The position numbers and the translations under genes are program-made. 64,000 nucleotides of DNA from Candidatus Zixiibacteriota bacterium (GTDB lineage Bacteria > RBG-13-66-14 > B26-G2 > WVWN01), in the NCBI GenBank assembly GCA_011773985.1, contig WVWN01000084.1, positions 23,738 to 87,737 of the forward strand, given 5' to 3'. Below, piece by piece: positions 36,672 to 47,134 of this stretch (positions within the stretch are counted from its first letter, which is position 1; every line of letters begins with the position of its first letter). The notes beneath the pieces are model-generated. The model saw only the letters and a list, made by a program, of their open reading frames with translations, did not search any database and was not told the DNA's origin.

Positions 36672-37697
36672 ATGGGCAGACGGATATTATCGCTGTTAGT
36701 TACGGCCGCCGCGGCGTCGTTCCTCTCTTGCGGCGGAGACACGACGACGGCGCCGACGCCGGCCTTGGGCTTGTGGACCGTCTACGCGCCGCCGTACAAG
36801 GGGGCGTGGACCCACTGCGACGTCCAACAAGACGGCACCCTCTGGGCGACGGTTCTCTTGGCGGACTCGAGCCGGGCGGCAATCGCCCAACATAAAGGCA
36901 AGGACTGGGCGATAGACGAGTTCGAGGCCGCGATAACGGAGGCGCTGAACGACATCCTTATGTTCGACGACGGCCGCGGCTGGGCGTGCGGCCGCGGCGG
37001 CGCGCTCCTCGAGCGTCGGGACGGCAAATGGCGCCTGACGCGGCTCTACAACGACCTCGAGTATATCCACCTCGCCGGCGTCGACCCCTCCCACGTATGG
37101 GTTACCGCCATCTCGCGCCCGTACGGCGTCCCGGCCATCTTTTTCTACGACGGGACGGAATGGCGGGAAGCGGCGAAGCCCGGCGACTACACCAGTTACG
37201 GCCCCATATATATGACGGGCCCGGAAGCCGGCCTTATGGTCGCGCGGCGGCGCCTCGGCGACGAGGTCTTGAGCCTCCGGGGCTCGAGCTGGCAGCCGGC
37301 CTTCACTTTCGACGAAAGGCTTCATTTCTACGACATAACGGGCGCCGGCTCCGCGAGCTACGCGGCCGGCGAACGCCGGCTGGGCCCGGAGCGGCTTGGG
37401 CGGGTTTACCAATTGACGCCGGAAATCAAAAACATAACGCCGGAGATATTAACGGCCGAGGAATACTACTTTCGCGCGTGCCACGCGGACGACCGCGGCG
37501 GCCTTTGGGTCACCGCGGCGCCGTACGGCCGAAGAGACGGCAATTATAAAATAATATATTGGAACGGCGAGCTGTGGCGCGAGGCCGCCGTCGCGAACGA
37601 CACCCGCGCCGTCGCCCGGTTCTTCGACGTCGAATTCGTCGGCGGCGACGGCTGGGCCGTGGGAGGCACGACGTTCGCGCGATACCGTCGACCCTAA
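36672..37697 (+). CDS. Hypothetical lipoprotein, possibly beta-propeller-like (341 aa)
   Basis: Start at ATG 36672 with lipobox LVTAAAASFLSCGG. Repeated G-W-A-x-G motifs (GRGWACGRGGALL, GDGWAVGGTTFARY) are reminiscent of Ycf48/BNR-less propellers; this assignment is weak. Confidence 0.6.
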   Translation: MGRRILSLLVTAAAASFLSCGGDTTTAPTPALGLWTVYAPPYKGAWTHCDVQQDGTLWATVLLADSSRAAIAQHKGKDWAIDEFEAAITEALNDILMFDDGRGWACGRGGALLERRDGKWRLTRLYNDLEYIHLAGVDPSHVWVTAISRPYGVPAIFFYDGTEWREAAKPGDYTSYGPIYMTGPEAGLMVARRRLGDEVLSLRGSSWQPAFTFDERLHFYDITGAGSASYAAGERRLGPERLGRVYQLTPEIKNITPEILTAEEYYFRACHADDRGGLWVTAAPYGRRDGNYKIIYWNGELWREAAVANDTRAVARFFDVEFVGGDGWAVGGTTFARYRRP

Positions 37698-37702
37698 AAT
37701 TC

Positions 37703-37729
37703 AAGGCCGGCCTTGAGGCCGGCTTTTTT
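37703..37729. terminator. Bidirectional intrinsic terminator between the lipoprotein gene and rpiB
   Basis: AAGGCCGGCC-TTGA-GGCCGGCTT hairpin followed by TTTTTT. The T-run overlaps the rpiB stop codon. Confidence 0.7.
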
Positions 37730-38177
37730 ATTTCGAATAATCCTCCTCGATATGTTTTATCTTGTCCATACGCCGGGCGTGGCGGCCGCCCTCGAACTCG
37801 GTCGCGAGCCAGACTTCCAGCATCCTGCGCGCGAACTGAAAGCCGGTCTGGTCGCCGGAGAGGACGAGGACGTTGGCGTCGTTGTGGGCCCGCGTCAGGC
37901 GCGCCATATACACGGTCCAACATAGCGCCGCGCGGACCCCGGGGACCTTGTTGGCCGCCATGGACATGCCGATGCCCGTGGCGCAAACGAGAACGCCGCG
38001 GTCCGCCTCGCCCCGCGCCACCGCCTCCGCCGCGGCCCGGCCGAAGTCCACGTAGTCGCAGGACTCCTCGCGGTCGGTCCCGAAATCGACGACCTCGTGC
38101 CCCAGCTCCGCGGCGGCTCCCTTCAAATACTCCTTCAACGGGTAGCCCCGGTGGTCGGCGGCGAAAGCCAACTTCAT
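37728..38177 (-). CDS. rpiB: Ribose-5-phosphate isomerase B (149 aa)
   Basis: Start moved to the ATG at 38177, which overlaps the glyA stop (ATGA). [15 protein letters not shown] and [17 protein letters not shown] motifs. Confidence 0.9.
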   Translation of the reverse strand: MKLAFAADHRGYPLKEYLKGAAAELGHEVVDFGTDREESCDYVDFGRAAAEAVARGEADRGVLVCATGIGMSMAANKVPGVRAALCWTVYMARLTRAHNDANVLVLSGDQTGFQFARRMLEVWLATEFEGGRHARRMDKIKHIEEDYSK

Positions 38178-39460
38178 ACCTTCATACCCCGCTTCTCGGC
38201 CTCCGCCGCGTAGCGCGCCTTCATCTGGGCGTAGAGCGGGAAGCGCTCGCACAACTCCCCGACCTCGGCGCGGACCTCCGCGACGACGGCGTCGTCCTCT
38301 ATGTTCTTGAGGACGCGAGCGATCATGTCGCCGATGGCCTCCATCTCGGGCTCCTTCATGCCGCGCGTCGTCAGCGCCGGCGTCCCGATGCGGACGCCCG
38401 AAGTTACGAACGGCTTCTGCGGGTCGAAGGGGATGGTATTCTTATTCACGGTAATGCCGGCCTCCTCGAGGCGCTTCTCCGCCACCTTGCCCGTCAACCC
38501 GAAAGGCCTCAGGTCCACGAGCATGAGGTGCGTGTCGGTCCCGCCGGAGACGATGCGGAGGCCGTTTTCGGCGAGGCGCGCGGCGAGCGTCGCGGCGTTC
38601 GCGACGATCTGCTTCTGGTATTCTTTGAACTCGGGCTTCAACGCCTCGGCGAGGCAAACCGCCTTGGCCGCGATCACGTGCATCAGCGGGCCGCCCTGGA
38701 TGCCGGGGAAGACGACGCGGTCGAGGTCCTTCGCGAGTTCCTCGTTGCACATGATCATCCCGGCTCGAGGGCCGCGCAGCGTCTTGTGGGTGGTGGTGGT
38801 CACGTACTCGGCGATGCCGATGGGCGTGGGGTGCAGGCCGGTAGCGACGAGGCCGGCGATGTGGGCGATGTCGGCGACGAGGACCGCCTCCACCTCGTCG
38901 CATATCTCGCGGAACCTGGTGAAATCGAGGACGCGGGGATAGGCGCTCGCGCCGACCATTACCAACTTCGGTTTGTGCTCGTGCGCCAGCTTCCTGAGCG
39001 CGTCGAAGTCCACGGTCTCGTCGTCCTCGCGCACGCCGTACTGGACGACGTTGAAGTACTTGCCGGAGAAGTTTATGGGGTGGCCGTGGCTCAGGTGGCC
39101 GCCGTGGCTAAGGTTCATGCCGAGCATGGTGTCGCCCGGCTCCATCACCGTGAAGTAGACCGCCATGTTGGCCTGCGTCCCGGAATGGGGCTGCGCGTTC
39201 ACGTGCTCCGCGCCGAAGAGCTTCTTGGCGCGTTCGATGGCGAGCGACTCGCCGACGTCCACGTATTGGCAGCCGCCGTAGTAGCGGCGCCCGGGGTACC
39301 CCTCGGCGTACTTGTTCGTCATCACCGAGCCCACGGCCTCCAGGACCGCCTCGCTAACGAAATTCTCGCTCGCGATAAGCTCGAGCGTCTCGCTCTGGCG
39401 GCGAATCTCGCCGAGGACGGCGGCGGCCACGTCCGCGTCGACTTCCCATAGATGGCTCAT
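38174..39460 (-). CDS. glyA: Serine hydroxymethyltransferase (428 aa)
   Basis: [24 protein letters not shown] and the PLP site [20 protein letters not shown]. Confidence 0.96.
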   Translation of the reverse strand: MSHLWEVDADVAAAVLGEIRRQSETLELIASENFVSEAVLEAVGSVMTNKYAEGYPGRRYYGGCQYVDVGESLAIERAKKLFGAEHVNAQPHSGTQANMAVYFTVMEPGDTMLGMNLSHGGHLSHGHPINFSGKYFNVVQYGVREDDETVDFDALRKLAHEHKPKLVMVGASAYPRVLDFTRFREICDEVEAVLVADIAHIAGLVATGLHPTPIGIAEYVTTTTHKTLRGPRAGMIMCNEELAKDLDRVVFPGIQGGPLMHVIAAKAVCLAEALKPEFKEYQKQIVANAATLAARLAENGLRIVSGGTDTHLMLVDLRPFGLTGKVAEKRLEEAGITVNKNTIPFDPQKPFVTSGVRIGTPALTTRGMKEPEMEAIGDMIARVLKNIEDDAVVAEVRAEVGELCERFPLYAQMKARYAAEAEKRGMKV

Positions 39461-39488
39461 TATAAACCTCCGAAAGCTCGTCCCCGTA

Positions 39489-39517
39489 AAAATACCACCG
39501 CGGTCGGCTCAAGTCAA
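39489..39517 (-). promoter_or_regulatory. Sigma70-type promoter of glyA-rpiB
   Basis: Minus strand reads TTGACT-N17-TATTTT. Confidence 0.55.
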
Positions 39518-39599
39518 TTATAATCCAAGTTCAGGGCCGACTGCGCCTCACTCGCGACCGCGGTAAAAAATTAAAAACGCGCGCCGTGGCTTTTTCGGC

Positions 39600-39628
39600 T
39601 TGATTTTAACACGGCCAGGGGTTATAAT
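39600..39628 (+). promoter_or_regulatory. Sigma70-type promoter of the PorV-like/NHL/large-barrel/Omp85 operon
   Basis: TTGATT-N17-TATAAT. Confidence 0.6.
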
Positions 39629-39649
39629 AAATCGTAAGGGGGCCACGAA

Positions 39650-40636
39650 ATGAGAAAGTTAACGCTAATTGTACTAGCGGCCTCGCTGGCGGCCGCGGCG
39701 TCGTGGTGCGACACGAAGGACACGACCCGTTTTAATTTCCTCCTCATCGAACCCGGCGTCCGACCGGGCGGCTTCGGCAAGGCGTTCACCGGCCTGGCCG
39801 ACGACGTCAACGCGTCTTTCTATAACCCGGGCGGCCTTGCCCTCCAGGAGAAAAACGGCATCAGCGTCATGCACGAGCCGCGCGGAACGGGCGAACTTAA
39901 AGATATGTTCTACGACTACGTCGCGTTTTCGTACGGCATGGGTAAATACGGAAGGCTTTCCGCGGACATAATATACAACGACGCCGGTAAAATGGACGCC
40001 ACAGATACAACAGGCCGGGTTTATGGGGTTATACATAGTTATATGGCCGCCCCGTCGCTCTACTGGAGTTACCCGGTCCGGGCGGACCTCGGCGTCGGCG
40101 CCGGCGTCACGTACGCGTACGAACACCTCACGGACCAACCCGGCGGCGTCGACCAGCAGATATTATTTAACGGCGGCGTCCTCTACAAAACGCCCCTCAA
40201 AGGACTCAGCGGCGGCCTCGCTTTCACCAACGTCGGCACGAACAAGACGGGTACGCGGCGGGACAAGGAGAAACGAGAAATCGAGGTAAGTTGGCCGCCG
40301 CCGCGGGCCGTGCGGCTGGGCCTCGGCTACAGGCTCCTCTCGAACGAATTAAACGACCTAACGTTCGCCGCGGACGCGTCGAAGTTATTGATGAACTTCA
40401 AAGAGCACCTCGACGACGAGCTCGGCCAGGCGGTCTACTCCGGCGGCGCGGAATACGTGTACGCCAAGATGGTAGCAGTCCGCGCCGGGTATTACCGCGA
40501 CAAGTGGGGCGTGATCACGGGCTTGACGCTCGGCTTCGGCTTCGCCTACAAGGGTATTAGCTTCGACTATGCGCGCGTACCGGAGGGCCAGCTCTTCAAG
40601 GACCGGCACCGCTTCGCCGTCGGCTACGTCTTCTAA
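39650..40636 (+). CDS. PorV/PorQ-family outer-membrane beta-barrel protein (328 aa)
   Basis: Signal peptide; N-terminal motif GVRPGGFGKAFTGLADDVNASFYNPGGLALQE; beta-barrel pattern ending HRFAVGYVF. Confidence 0.8.
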   Translation: MRKLTLIVLAASLAAAASWCDTKDTTRFNFLLIEPGVRPGGFGKAFTGLADDVNASFYNPGGLALQEKNGISVMHEPRGTGELKDMFYDYVAFSYGMGKYGRLSADIIYNDAGKMDATDTTGRVYGVIHSYMAAPSLYWSYPVRADLGVGAGVTYAYEHLTDQPGGVDQQILFNGGVLYKTPLKGLSGGLAFTNVGTNKTGTRRDKEKREIEVSWPPPRAVRLGLGYRLLSNELNDLTFAADASKLLMNFKEHLDDELGQAVYSGGAEYVYAKMVAVRAGYYRDKWGVITGLTLGFGFAYKGISFDYARVPEGQLFKDRHRFAVGYVF

Positions 40637-40656
40637 AAAACGAACACACGAAACGC

Positions 40657-41682
40657 GTGGCTCGCCTGGCACCAGGGAACGCGGAGAAGAAGCAAGCCGT
40701 CGTCACGATAATCGTGGCGGCGGCTTTGGCGTCGTCGGCCGCGGCGGTAACCGTAGGCGGGGGCGACCGGCCTCAGGTGCCCGCGGGGCTAAGGGCCGTC
40801 GGGGCGGTCGGCGAGGGCGGGCGCGGCGACGGCCAGTTCAACGAGCCCACGGACGTCGCCCTCGACGCCGCGGGGAGGCTGTACGTCGTCGACAGCCGGA
40901 ACGTGCGGGTCCAGCGGTTCTTCCCCCGCGGCGACTTCGACACCTCCTTCGGCCGCTTCGGGTGGGAGGGCGAAGGGCTCGTATCGCCGCGCGGCATCGC
41001 CATCGACCAGGAACTATACGTATACGTGAGCGACCGCGAGCGCGGCGTAATACACCAGTACGACATCTACGGTAAATACCTGAAGACGTACGGCCAGACG
41101 AAAAAGGTGGCGACGCAATTCGAACAGCCGGCGGGGTTGGCGGTGGACAACCTGGGGAACCTGTGGGTCGCGGACGCGGGCAATCACAAGGTGAAGAGGC
41201 TCAACGCGCTGGGGGAAGTTACGCTCGAGGTGGGTTATTACGGAACGGACCTGGGGAAACTAAACCTTCCCGCGGCGGTGGCCGTGGATAAGACGGGCAG
41301 CCTCGTCGTCGCGGACGCGGGCAACTCCCGGCTCCAGTTCTTCGACCGCTTCGGCAACGCGGTGAACGCGCTCCGCCAAACGGACGGCGCCGCGTTGCGA
41401 AGCCCCTTCGCGGTGTGCCTCGACCGATTCGGCAATATATTCGTATCCGACACGGGCAACGACCGCGTCGCGGTTTTCGACGCCGACGGCCGGTTCCTTT
41501 TCGCCTACGGGAAATTCGGCCGGGGCGAAAAAAATTTTAACCACCCCGGCGGCCTAGCCTTCGGCTCGGACCGCAAATTGTATGTAGCGGATACGTACAA
41601 TAACGTAATAAAAGTATTGGAAGTGGAATACCGTTTCCCGGGCCGCGTCGAGAAGCCGCCGCGGATTCCTTCGCCGCAGTAG
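40657..41682 (+). CDS. Secreted NHL-repeat (six-bladed beta-propeller) protein (341 aa)
   Basis: Six repeats of the type GQFNEPTDVALDAAGRLYVVDSRNVRVQRF / FEQPAGLAVDNLGNLWVADAGNHKVKR / FNHPGGLAFGSDRKLYVADTYNNVIKV. Confidence 0.85.
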   Translation: MARLAPGNAEKKQAVVTIIVAAALASSAAAVTVGGGDRPQVPAGLRAVGAVGEGGRGDGQFNEPTDVALDAAGRLYVVDSRNVRVQRFFPRGDFDTSFGRFGWEGEGLVSPRGIAIDQELYVYVSDRERGVIHQYDIYGKYLKTYGQTKKVATQFEQPAGLAVDNLGNLWVADAGNHKVKRLNALGEVTLEVGYYGTDLGKLNLPAAVAVDKTGSLVVADAGNSRLQFFDRFGNAVNALRQTDGAALRSPFAVCLDRFGNIFVSDTGNDRVAVFDADGRFLFAYGKFGRGEKNFNHPGGLAFGSDRKLYVADTYNNVIKVLEVEYRFPGRVEKPPRIPSPQ

Positions 41683-41761
41683 CGCGAAAAATCAAACCGA
41701 GAGTTGTGCCGAGGCCGTGAACGACGCTGACGCGTGTACCCCCGCCAGGGGGCGTTTTTAT

Positions 41762-44700
41762 ATGATGGAGAGGCGTTGCTGGTGGCGACGCGTCCCCATC
41801 GGCGGCCTTCTCGCTCTCGCGGCCGCGAGCGCCGCGGCCGGGGCGGCCGAGGGCCAACCGCGGTGGGCCGAGACCTTGGCGGCCTCGCGCCATTCCTACG
41901 AGGTCGCGGAAATCGCCGAGGGCGCCACTTATAAATTACCCCACAAGTTTATCTTCTACGATTCCGAAGTCGTACGCGTAGGGGACGACGTCTGGGAGCG
42001 CGGTCGCGAATACCGGCTCGAGTACGACGCCGGGAACCTAACGGTACTCGCGGCGCCGCCCTACGCCGGGCCCTTAGTCGTCGAATACGAATATCTACCC
42101 TTCCTGCAATCGGAAGACTACCGCGCGGCGCTGGAGGGCGAGGACGAGGCCGAGGCGCTCGAGCGCATAGAGGAGGCGGCCGCGGCTCCCTCCCAGCTGG
42201 ACATAACCGGCTCCAAGACCTTCTCCGTCTCGAGCGGCAACGTTCAAGGAACGGACTTCGACCAATCGCTCCGCCTTTCCATCCGCGGGAACGTCGGCGA
42301 CGTCAAGATCACGGGCGAAATCTCCGACCAGGACCTGCCGTTGGAGGAGGGAGGGGCTACGAAGGACGTCGAGGCGGTCGACAAGGTAAGCCTCCGCGTG
42401 GAGGGGCGCCACCTGGCCGGGACCTTCGGCGACTACGACGCAGACGTCACCGGCCGCCGCTTCGCGGAATACCAACGGCGCCTCACGGGCATCAAGGGCG
42501 AAGCCTTCTATCCAACCTGGCGGGCCGACGCCCACGGCGCGCGGGCGCGCGGGCGCTTCGCGAGCAACGAGTTCTACGGCGTCGACGGCGTCCAGGGCCC
42601 GTATCAACTCGCGGCCCGCGACGACGAGAACATTACGGTCCTGCCGGGAACGGAGACGGTATGGCTGAACGGCGTCAAATTAAAAGAGGGGGAGAACAAC
42701 GACTACCTCGTGGAATACGACCTCGCGACCATAACCTTCACGGTCCGGCGGCCCATCTCTGCGGAGGACCGCGTCGTCGTCGACTTCCAATATACGACCG
42801 AGGAATACCAGCGCAATTTCTTCGGCGCGGAGAGCGAGGGGCACTTCGCGGGGGACGCCGTCAACGTCGGCATTTTATATTTACAAGAGGAAGACGACCG
42901 CGACCGCGACTTCTTCGGCCTGGGCGACTACGAGAAGAAGCTTCTGGAGGGGGCGGGCGACGACGAAGAGCGGGCGCGGATCTTCGCGCGCGACGAAAAC
43001 CGCGAGATAATCTTCGAATACGTCGGCGAGGGCCAGGGGGAGTACACGCGCCGCTGGGACCCCGAGAAGGGGAAATACGTCTACGAGTACGTCGGCGCGG
43101 GCAACGGCGACTACATGCCGAGGACGATCCTGCTGCCGATGCCCAAGCGCCACAGCCTCGTCGACGTAAATACGACCCTCGCGCCGTCGCGCCTCATCAC
43201 CGTGGAGGCGGAAGGCGCAACGAGCGACGTCGACGCCAACACCTTCTCGACCCTGGGCGACGCAGACAACACCGGCCTCGCCGGCTCCGCCGCCGCCACC
43301 GTCCGCCTCGACGCGGTCGAACTTTTTCGGCCCGCGGGGGAGTTGGAAGTCCGGCACGTTCAGGAGATGAGGGACAAACGTTTCCGCAACCTCGGCCGGG
43401 ACGACGGCGTCGCATTCTTGCAGGATTGGGACCTCGAGGACGAGGTCGCGGGGCTGGCTCGGCCGCCGGGGTATAACCTTCACGAGACCACCGTCACCGA
43501 GCGGCCCACGCCGGCGCTCGCGCTGTCGGGCACCTACGGCGGCATCCACCAACGCTACGCCGGCGTCTCCGCGAAAGGCTATCGGTATCAGCGCGGCGAA
43601 CGGACCGCGGCCTCCCTCAGCTGGGAGCCCGAGCGTTGGCCGCACGTCGGCTACGACTGGAACAGCGTGCGGCGCCGAGGCCAGCGGGGGGCGCCGCCGG
43701 TCGACCCCGTCGACGAAAAGGTAGGCAAAAAGCTTCTTACCTACGACGAAAACACCCGGCGCGAACAGGAGGGGAAAGTCTCGTACGCGTTCTGGCGGCT
43801 TAGCCCGTACGTCCGAATTCACGATAAGAAACGGCGCGCCGATTACGGCATCGACGGCGCGCCCGACGCCGGCAGCCTCGAGCAGGAGCTCGAGATGGGA
43901 ACGGGCGTGCGGCCGGCCGCGGGTTGGGTCGTCCAGTTCGGCCATACCGTAGGCCGCGGCGAGAAAGTGGACGACTACAAATTTATCCCCCATTACCGCA
44001 AAAGAGAAGAGAGAGCCATCACCTCCTACGATTACCCGGGCCTCGTAAACGTAAACGGCGAATTCACGAGGATAAGGAAAGACTTCTACGCCGCGGACGA
44101 GGGGGACGTCGACACGTACCTGTCGCTCGTCGAAACGGTATATACGCCGCTTGCGCGGGCGCTGGCGATATCGACGCGCTACGAACTCGAAAGCCTGCAG
44201 GAATTCGAGCGCGAAGAAATATTCGAAGTCGCGCCGGACGGCGACGGCGACTACCGGCGCGAAGTCGACCCCAAAAACCCGGGCCGCTACGTCTACATAT
44301 ACGACCCGGACAGCCCGGACGCCATCTACATAAAGAGGTATCGCCCCACGGGCCGGAGGTTCCCGGTCCTGAAGCCGGACCTCACCGTCAGCCTCGGCTT
44401 CCGGCCGTACAGCATCAACGACGCGCGGGGCAGCGCCGGCGAGCGGAACCCCTGGCTGGACGCCGCGGCCGCGGACCTCTACGTACACGCGCGGAACAGC
44501 TCCACGTCGCCGCGCCGCTTCGCCGTCGCGACGCTCCAAGACCTCCTGGCGAAAGATTCTCTCGACAGCAGCCTCGAGCAACGGTACACCCTCACGCTCT
44601 TTCCCGTGCGCCGCCGCGTCACGGGGCTCGCGCGCTACGCGACCAAGGACGACCTCGAGCGAACGGTGGCGTCGCGCCAGGTGCGGCGGAAGCGCACGTC

Positions 44701-45217
44701 GCGATATGCGGAGGTCGTCGGCGAGCCGACCCGCCGCCTTACGGTCCAAGTCGACGTGGAAAGGGTGCGGGAACGGGAAACGGTGACGGAGGAGAACATA
44801 AGTCGACCCGAGAATACGTACGCCAAAGAGATGCTATACGGCGTGGAACCGACCTACAGCTTGACGGCGCGCTTGGACGTCAAGGCGCGGGGCGAGCTTT
44901 CGCAGCGGCACGAGGATTACAACGGCGCGTCGACCCACATAAAGGGCATCGTAACCAAACCCGAAGTCACGTACCGCCTGGCGGAATCGGGCGTGGCGAA
45001 CGTATGGTACGAGAGGTCGCAGTTCGACGTTTCCGGGTATACCGGCTCGGAGACGCTGCTCGTGCGCGTCCCGGGCGTAACCCACAAGTGGGAGGCGAGC
45101 GTCAACAAGGGCGTAGGCCAATACGTGACGCTCATCTTCACGTACGACGGCGAAAAAAGGCCGGACGAGGAGATAACGAGCCATCGGGGCCGGGTCGACG
45201 TAAACATATACTTCTGA
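41762..45217 (+). CDS. Very large predicted outer-membrane protein of unknown family (about 1151 aa)
   Basis: The ORF is open from 41717; ATG 41762 gives the signal peptide MMERRCWWRRVPIGGLLALAAASAAAGAAEG. The protein is beta-rich with many aromatic-x-aromatic segments, and its C-terminal residue is Phe (RVDVNIYF). Its stop overlaps the Omp85 start (TGATG). Confidence 0.7.
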   Translation: MMERRCWWRRVPIGGLLALAAASAAAGAAEGQPRWAETLAASRHSYEVAEIAEGATYKLPHKFIFYDSEVVRVGDDVWERGREYRLEYDAGNLTVLAAPPYAGPLVVEYEYLPFLQSEDYRAALEGEDEAEALERIEEAAAAPSQLDITGSKTFSVSSGNVQGTDFDQSLRLSIRGNVGDVKITGEISDQDLPLEEGGATKDVEAVDKVSLRVEGRHLAGTFGDYDADVTGRRFAEYQRRLTGIKGEAFYPTWRADAHGARARGRFASNEFYGVDGVQGPYQLAARDDENITVLPGTETVWLNGVKLKEGENNDYLVEYDLATITFTVRRPISAEDRVVVDFQYTTEEYQRNFFGAESEGHFAGDAVNVGILYLQEEDDRDRDFFGLGDYEKKLLEGAGDDEERARIFARDENREIIFEYVGEGQGEYTRRWDPEKGKYVYEYVGAGNGDYMPRTILLPMPKRHSLVDVNTTLAPSRLITVEAEGATSDVDANTFSTLGDADNTGLAGSAAATVRLDAVELFRPAGELEVRHVQEMRDKRFRNLGRDDGVAFLQDWDLEDEVAGLARPPGYNLHETTVTERPTPALALSGTYGGIHQRYAGVSAKGYRYQRGERTAASLSWEPERWPHVGYDWNSVRRRGQRGAPPVDPVDEKVGKKLLTYDENTRREQEGKVSYAFWRLSPYVRIHDKKRRADYGIDGAPDAGSLEQELEMGTGVRPAAGWVVQFGHTVGRGEKVDDYKFIPHYRKREERAITSYDYPGLVNVNGEFTRIRKDFYAADEGDVDTYLSLVETVYTPLARALAISTRYELESLQEFEREEIFEVAPDGDGDYRREVDPKNPGRYVYIYDPDSPDAIYIKRYRPTGRRFPVLKPDLTVSLGFRPYSINDARGSAGERNPWLDAAAADLYVHARNSSTSPRRFAVATLQDLLAKDSLDSSLEQRYTLTLFPVRRRVTGLARYATKDDLERTVASRQVRRKRTSRYAEVVGEPTRRLTVQVDVERVRERETVTEENISRPENTYAKEMLYGVEPTYSLTARLDVKARGELSQRHEDYNGASTHIKGIVTKPEVTYRLAESGVANVWYERSQFDVSGYTGSETLLVRVPGVTHKWEASVNKGVGQYVTLIFTYDGEKRPDEEITSHRGRVDVNIYF

Positions 45218-47082
45218 TGTTTAGAGTCCGCGGCATAACTATTTCGTTGGCGACGACGGCCGCCGTCGCGCTTGGCGCGCCGGAGTTAACCGTCGAGGGG
45301 AACGCGGCGTTCTCCGACGCGGAAATCGAGGTGGCGGCGACCCGCGCCGGCTTCGTGGACGAGGCCGCCGTCGAACGACTTTACCTGCGCGCCGGCTACC
45401 TGGACGTCGACGTGGAGCTCGCGGAGGAGGCGGGCCGGCCGCCGCGGTTGATCGTCTCGGAAGGCGAACGCTACCGCGTGGCAACGCTGGCGGTGGACAA
45501 CGCGTCGCCGCTGAGCCGGGACGAGGTGGCCTCGTTCATACCGTTCGGCGCGGGCGACCCGCCGTCGCCTCCGGACCTGAAAGAAGGCCTTACGTCGCTC
45601 TTGGCGACGCTGGCCGGACGGGGCTATATACGCGCCCAGGCGGAATACGCCATAACGGAGGCCGGCCCGGGCCGGGCCGACGTCGCGGTCGCGGTGCGCG
45701 CGGGCGAGCGGTATACCGCGGGCGAAATCGATTTGTTGGGCGTCGCCCCGGGCGACCAAGAGAAGATACGCACGGAGCTCGAGACGCGCCGGGGCAAGCC
45801 GCTGAAAGAGCGAGCGCTCGCGCGCGACCTCCTCGCCGTCATCGACTATTACCGCAAACGCGGATATCCCGAGCCGTCGGCACGCCCGCGAGGCTTCGAG
45901 ATCGCCGAACAGTATAAGGAGATAGATTTCAACGTTGAGGTCGAACCGGGAAGTAAAGTAACCATCAATAGCATAGACATCGTCGGGAACCGGCGGACGC
46001 GCGACGAGGTCATCCGGCGGGAACTCAGCGTCGTACCCGGCGACCCGTACGACCTCGAGCGACTGCGCGAGAGCGCGCGGCGCGTATACGGCCTTAAATA
46101 CTTCGAGGCCGAGCCGGCGGTGGAGTTGGCGGACGCGGAAACGGGGCGGCTGCGGGTCGCGGTCGCGGAGCGGCGGACCTACCGCGTTACGGGCGCGCTC
46201 GCGTACGAGCCGGCGCGGGGCGAGGCGACCGCGGCCGTCATCGGCGAAATGGAGGCGCGCCTCGCCAACCTCGGCGGCACGGGCCGGGAAGCCGACGCGC
46301 ACTATCGCCGCCTCGCCGCGGAAACGATGGACGCGAGCGCCAAGTACTACGAACCCTGGATAGCGGGTATAGACCTGTTCGCCGAACCGAGCGGCGCGTA
46401 CAAAGGACGCGCCGAGTACCGGAAGGCCGGCGGCGAACTGGCCCTCGGGACCCACCCCTTATCGGACCTGGCCATCGCCGCGGGGGCGGGCTTCGACCGC
46501 GTCTGGAAAGAAAACGCGAGCCGTAAGTACAAGATTTTCACCTGGGCCACGCTCGACAGTAGGGATTATTTCGACAACCCGCGCCGAGGTTGGCAGGCGC
46601 ACGGGCGCCTCGAGCTCGGCGTCAAGGAATACTTAGCCGACGACTTCCGCGAGCGCGTCCCGCGCCTCGAGCTCGACGTTTGGCGGTTCTGGCCCACTAC
46701 GCGCAACCAGGTCCTCGCCGGCCGCCTCGGCGCCTGGGGGTTATGGTCGCAGCGGCCGGGCCTGGACGAGTTTTACCCGCTCGGCGGCCACGCCGACCTC
46801 CGCGGCTTCAGAGAGGAACAATTCCTAAGCGACCGCCAGGTCCTGGCCACCGCCGAATATCGCTTCCTGACGGGCCGCGGGAGCCGCCTATTCGTATTCG
46901 TCGACAGCGCCTACCGGCACCTGAAAACCGAGAAAACGTTCGCGGAAGGCTTCGAGCTCGGTTACGGCGCGGGCTTCCGGGCCGCGACGCGCGTCGGCAT
47001 ATACGGCGTGGATTACGGCCTGGCCGCCGGCGAAAGCCCGCTCGACGGTAAAATACACGTCTCGATTACGCAAGAGTTCTAA
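45217..47082 (+). CDS. Omp85/BamA-family outer-membrane protein with POTRA repeats (621 aa)
   Basis: Start moved to ATG 45217. About four POTRA-like units are present (for example VTINSIDIVGNRRTRDEVIRRELSVVPGDPYDLERLRESARRVYGLKYFE). Bacterial surface-antigen barrel; C-terminus HVSITQEF. Confidence 0.85.
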   Translation: MFRVRGITISLATTAAVALGAPELTVEGNAAFSDAEIEVAATRAGFVDEAAVERLYLRAGYLDVDVELAEEAGRPPRLIVSEGERYRVATLAVDNASPLSRDEVASFIPFGAGDPPSPPDLKEGLTSLLATLAGRGYIRAQAEYAITEAGPGRADVAVAVRAGERYTAGEIDLLGVAPGDQEKIRTELETRRGKPLKERALARDLLAVIDYYRKRGYPEPSARPRGFEIAEQYKEIDFNVEVEPGSKVTINSIDIVGNRRTRDEVIRRELSVVPGDPYDLERLRESARRVYGLKYFEAEPAVELADAETGRLRVAVAERRTYRVTGALAYEPARGEATAAVIGEMEARLANLGGTGREADAHYRRLAAETMDASAKYYEPWIAGIDLFAEPSGAYKGRAEYRKAGGELALGTHPLSDLAIAAGAGFDRVWKENASRKYKIFTWATLDSRDYFDNPRRGWQAHGRLELGVKEYLADDFRERVPRLELDVWRFWPTTRNQVLAGRLGAWGLWSQRPGLDEFYPLGGHADLRGFREEQFLSDRQVLATAEYRFLTGRGSRLFVFVDSAYRHLKTEKTFAEGFELGYGAGFRAATRVGIYGVDYGLAAGESPLDGKIHVSITQEF

Positions 47083-47097
47083 AGGCGGCGAAAAGGC

Positions 47098-47126
47098 TTG
47101 CCGGCAACGGCGTGGTTTCTTAATAT
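47098..47126 (+). promoter_or_regulatory. Candidate promoter of the prepilin-peptidase-like gene (leaderless configuration)
   Basis: TTGCCG-N17-TAATAT, followed by 8 nt and then the GTG at 47135. Confidence 0.5.
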
Positions 47127-47134
47127 AAAAAAAC

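Noticed and set aside
43924-45216. Long N-terminal extensions of real genes in the ORF track: Omp85 from 43924, cyclase to 4373, trxB from 15295, OMP from 35434, methyltransferase to 50620, rSAM to 51759, rpiB to 38252.
   Set aside because: The extensions overlap upstream genes, are Arg-rich nonsense, and lack an RBS. Internal starts give proper signal peptides or N-terminal motifs and have an RBS or stop/start coupling.
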